From assembly GCA_002269645.1 (NCBI GenBank), contig NIVC01000578.1, positions 5,036 through 69,035 of the forward strand: a DNA stretch of 64,000 nt, read 5' to 3'. Positions 59,648 to 64,000 of the stretch are shown piece after piece. Source of the stretch: Macrostomum lignano. Its lineage: Eukaryota. Each line of letters opens with the position of its first letter. Within the stretch, counting starts at the first letter, position 1. The notes beneath the pieces are model-generated. The model saw only the letters and a program-made list of their open reading frames with translations. It did no database searches and was not told the DNA's origin. The translations under genes and the position numbers were made by a program.

Positions 59648-62186
59648 ATGGCCTCGGGCGGCCCCAAATTACCTGCTGACCTGCAGGAATGTCTGAACTG
59701 GCTGCAAAACTGCTTTCGCTACGACGAGCAAGAAATTTATGAGTCGCTGCGTTGCATTTTCGGGCCAGGAAACGCGAGCCTGACCGACATAATTAACGTA
59801 CTTCGAGACGGGATCGTACTGTGTCAGCTGGTTGTCATCCTCAGCGATGGCGCCGTTCGACGCAGCGAGCTCAAAGGATTTCGACTCATTACGCTGAATT
59901 CGGTTTGCGTCTACCGCGACAACATCTCGGCTTTCCTGAGCGTCTGCCAAAACTTTTTCCAGCTGAAGGAGAGTATGCTTTTCACACCCGACGACCTCAT
60001 TGACCGAAAAAATATTGACAAAGTAATTTCGAGTCTAGCTTTGCTCAGCCAGTCCCCGAAGGTCGACCAGTCGAGGTTTCCTGGCTTCCAAGTGTCCGAC
60101 AGTCTGCGCGTGGCTCTGCGGCACTTGAGCACAAATACAAGGCAGCCTGCCTGGTCCGAGCTCTCTGAGTCGGTCGAGCGACTTCGCTGCAACATGGTTG
60201 ACATCTACAGCGACCAGTTGACAGTCTACACTGAGACTGAGGGCGTCTATGGGAGCCTCGTGGACGACTATGAGTACGAGCTGGACGATGGCGACGACCC
60301 GCGGGTAGGCAACTGGCAGCAGCTGCTGCTCAGTGAGAGGAACTACACGCACCTGCTCGAACAGCTGACTACCTACTCAAACAGTCTAAAAGGGACAGTC
60401 GGAATGGCTGCGGAGCCGGCATTTCACTACATCCCGGCCTTGTACGAACTGCACGCTCGCTTTCTCGCACGGTTGGAGTGCATCGCGCGCATCAACCCAA
60501 TCGCCGATCGGCTGCGCGCAGTTTGCGCCTGTATTGCCAAGAAGAAGCTTCAGCTCTGCATTGTCTACCGCGATTACTTGGTGAACATGCCGCAAGCCAT
60601 CGAGTGCGCCGATCGGCTGCAGCGGAGCTCAGGGCTGAGTCAGACGGCCAGTCACCTGCTGCCGCATCATCCTCTTCGCGATTTGCTGCTGGCCCCGCTG
60701 CAGCGGGTGCAGCGGTATCCCGACATATTCAAGGCCTGTAAGGAGACGCGGGCAGCTATGGAGGACTTCATGGAGGTCTGCTGCTATACCCAGTCCTACA
60801 AAGAGAACGAATCTGTCATTCAGGTATTACCTTCAGCTGATATCCATAATAATAGATGAAGCTGATAAATCCTATATACTAAGTCGTTTTCTATGAGATG
60901 TTAAAACATATTTCAGGTACTTGACCGTGTGCAAGCCGGCATCGCAAACCTGGATCGCAGTTTGCAACTGAGAGACTTTGGTAGTCTGTTGGTCGAGGGG
61001 GAGGTGCGCCTCTCACATCTGTCTTACGACAAGTCTGACAAGGACAGTCGAAGCGTATACTGCTACCTTACGGGTGAAGTGCTGATAGTGTGCAAAATTG
61101 TCGGCGACAAAAAGTCCAGCGGCCGCCTGGAATTCTTGTACAGCATCAGAATTCCGGAGAAGTGCATGATTCAAACCGAGGAGGCCCCGCGATATAAAAG
61201 TTGGCGCTGGCTGCTTACAGTTCAACAGCCAGAGGGAGCCACGCCCGACAGCACCATAGCGGACGACCTGCGCTACCGAATGCAGCTCAAGTCCCATCGA
61301 GTGCAGCAGAACTGGCTGGCTGCTTTTAAAAGGGCCGTATCAGTGCGATATCCGCCAAATCACAACTCTTTCGGGCATATTTTCTGCCTTATATAAGTCT
61401 AGAGCCCGTGAATTGTCGTGAATGCAACCGAATCATTTTGCCCGGCTACGGGCTCGGTTATCGCTGTCGGATTTCAGGTCGCGTGGTGCACCGGGACTGC
61501 ATTCCTTCAGCTCCAAGGCAACGCAGATTTGAGCACTCCCCGTCCCAGCAGCTGGCCTCGTCAACCCCGCCGCTGACTCCTCCACGGCAGAGACCTCAGC
61601 CAGCACAAATGCCGGCGATGGCGCCACAACCTCAACCGCCGCGGTCACCTTCTCCGCCACCACCACCTCCACTAACACCGATAGTGCCAAAACAGCTGCC
61701 ACCGCCGCCGCCACCACCGCCACCGCCGCCACCACCGCCATCGTCACAGCAGTGTGTCAGAGCACCTGCAGACGCCCAACGCGGTCCAGAGACCCCATCA
61801 GACATGTTCATGTCGGACGATTCCGATGAGGAGAATAACTCGAAAGGCGGCCCTCCAGGAATCGACTACCACTGTCACAACGAGGGCGTTGCAGCAGGCT
61901 GGCATGGCCGAATGTCCCGCGGAGCAGCCTGGGCGAAACTGCTGCGAGTCCCGATCGGTATGTACCTATTGCGCTGCAGCCACGGCCTGGTGTAGATGAG
62001 CACATTCTATCCTATCGAGCGTCTGACACCGTCCGGCACAAGAAGATTTTCGAGGCGGACGGTCAGTTCTATCTGGAGGAGAAAGCCACAAAGTTCACGA
62101 GCATTCGGGAGCTGTTGCTGCACTATGCTAGCCCTAAAGCACTGAATGATGCGTGCATCGATGTGAGGCTAACAGAGCCAGTCTAA
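59648..62186 (+). CDS. vav: Vav-like Rho GEF (CH, acidic, DH, PH, C1, Pro-rich, SH2) with two apparent 1-bp frameshifts
   Basis: Exon 59648-60823 (CH: LRDGIVLCQL; acidic YGSL/YEYE; DH: SERNY...LLLAPLQRVQRYP). Intron 60824-60916, then PH. C1 (H-F...C..C...GYRC...HRDC) is in a shifted frame from ~61381, and the SH2 (WHGRMSR...GMYLLR / VRHKKI...FTSIRELLLHY) is completed in another frame from ~61983. Confidence 0.8.
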
Positions 62187-63913
62187 TTACACTGCTGCGC
62201 CGCTGTAGTTTGGGGTCTGGTTTCAAAATAGTCCTTCTCGGTCGTGACAATGTTTGGGCTACATGTAACGCACATGCGTGTATTGTATCTACTTATTCGT
62301 GAGCCTACGTAAGTGTCAATATTTCAACGCAAGAAAGCGACGACGGCCTAGCAAATTCCCTTTCTGTGCCAGAATCCTTAAGTGCTCGACGAGTTTCCTC
62401 AGCCTTAAAAGTATTGTTTTCGTTTTAAAAAAATAGTCACCTAATCTATGCCTCACACGTTACATGCACAGAAAGCGAGACTTGTGATGCCTGGTACATT
62501 ATTCAAAGTGACTGTCAACTTTTAAGTTTTCGAAGTCAGTTACATGTATTAATTTCTGTTTATTTGGTGCTTCTCTCTGCCTTTTTACTCGAGCCAGCCA
62601 AGTCAAAACCCCAGTCCCTACACTTCTTGTACCCGCGGAGTCTTTTCTCTAGCCAACGTGTTTGCCATTGATCTGTCGACTAAAAACCTTTGGCGACAAC
62701 TTGCTAATTATTTGTAAACTTAGCTATACGAGTGCGTAAGTAGTGAGATTTCACGGGTCTGCTTGTCTCTTTTATTAACAAAATCATTGTTGCATACAAA
62801 AAGTCCGAATTCAACAAGAGCTTTGTAAATTTTCATGCAATTCCAACTCCGATTTTAACCTTAATGTCGAGCTGGTTATGCCTAGAAATTCCCCTTTCAG
62901 CTATAATCATGCAGTGAGACTCAGTCGCACATGAAACTCTGAGCAGAAGCAGCAAGTTGCTGCTGTTGCATCCTTGCGACGGAAATTGCCCCAACTAAGA
63001 AGAAATTGTCTGCTCCCGGTAAAAGGAAGTTTGACTAAGCAAAAGTGAAAGCAAGTAAAAAAAAGAAGAGAGCTGAGCAGATCGGCTCCGCATTGTCGAA
63101 ACCTTTTTGATTGACTGCTTCTAAAAAAGCAAGCGTAAAAATCGTCTTAGCAAAAAATAGATTTAAACTGGGCTGTCTTTTGAAAGACACTGGTCTTTCA
63201 ACCCAACCAATCTTTGTTGCGAGAGGCGCCTGCGAGAGTAAGCTGAAAATTAATATTCTAAAAACTTTTGGGTTCCAACTTTCGACTTTTAGCTTCGTTA
63301 TCTAGGCAGGATGGTGTTTCATCTTGGTCGTCTCATATGCAAGCAAAGCAAATCTTAGGCAAGTGACGTGAAGCATGAGTTGTAGTTTACCACCCAGCTC
63401 CTAGTCAGGAACCACTGCATATCAGACTATCCCTGTTTTTATTGCAGCACATGATAGTAATAAGGAGAACAGAAAAATATTTGCGAATCATTCGTGATCA
63501 TTTTTGAAGGACTTCCAAATTGTCAAGGCGTCAATAATTTACGATTCTTCTCTTTAAAAGACTGCCAAAAAACAGAGGGTGTCACGGTGAATATTCCAAA
63601 GCATTGAAGCTTAGCAAAGTCAGCTGACGCGATCTTTTGATTCTGTCACGAATCGTGAAAATGTTGTTGCTTAAATTGAATAATAAATAATGCTTCAATT
63701 TTCGACTTTCCGAGTTTCATTTTACCTACTACTTCCTTTTCCTATTTGCACGTCTCAAGGTTAGCAGCCGCACCCGGCAACGACCTGCCTATCAAAGTGG
63801 GTTCTGACCAGTAAGTTACATTGTAGGTGCCTGCTTCAGTGAAGAAGCAAATCTAACCCGCCACATTAGTTCAACGAAGCCGGGAGACGTCACCTCTCGG
63901 CTACTCGGTAAGG

Positions 63914-64000
63914 ATGGACGAGCTGACAATCCGTGACATTCGCGGATTTGTTCGAGACTCCGACGAGATGAAGATCGCAGACGCCAGCTCTTCTTCTGCT
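63914..64000 (+). CDS. Possible start of a gene running off the window
   Basis: ATG-initiated open frame MDELTIRDIRGFVRDSDEMKIADASSSSA with host-like codon usage; too short to identify. Confidence 0.3.
   Translation, partial: MDELTIRDIRGFVRDSDEMKIADASSSSA

Overview
This is a repeat-rich animal (metazoan) genomic window. GC-rich exons and minisatellite-filled introns are reminiscent of a flatworm such as Macrostomum, but the species assignment is inference only. Host genes reconstructed by hand from GT-AG boundaries: a discs-large MAGUK (dlg1; L27-PDZ1-PDZ2-PDZ3-SH3-HOOK-GUK, 4734-27051, +), an ATG16-like coiled-coil/WD40 gene (-), two identical tRNA-Ala(TGC) genes inside ~400-bp direct repeats that bracket a small secreted PAN/LamG-like gene, a multi-exon membrane adenylate cyclase (-), a calmodulin-like EF-hand gene (+) and a Vav-like RhoGEF (+) with two apparent single-base frameshifts. 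The standout accessory feature is a 7.8-kb endogenous Polinton/Maverick (adintovirus-like) element at 46337-54151. It has a 6-bp TSD (ATAGCC), AGTAGT...ACTACT termini and ~350-420-bp TIRs, each containing a 78-bp-arm hairpin. It carries decayed packaging ATPase, minor capsid (split by a tRNA-derived SINE with a 14-bp TSD), adenain-like protease, fibre-like, protein-primed PolB exonuclease and adenovirus-core-like ORFs, but no recognisable integrase or major capsid. Also present: a ~1-kb foldback element, a 75-bp hAT-type MITE, a second SINE copy, about 20 minisatellites and a strongly CpG-depleted block at the window start. Gene calls rest on motif recognition from memory; no database search was run.
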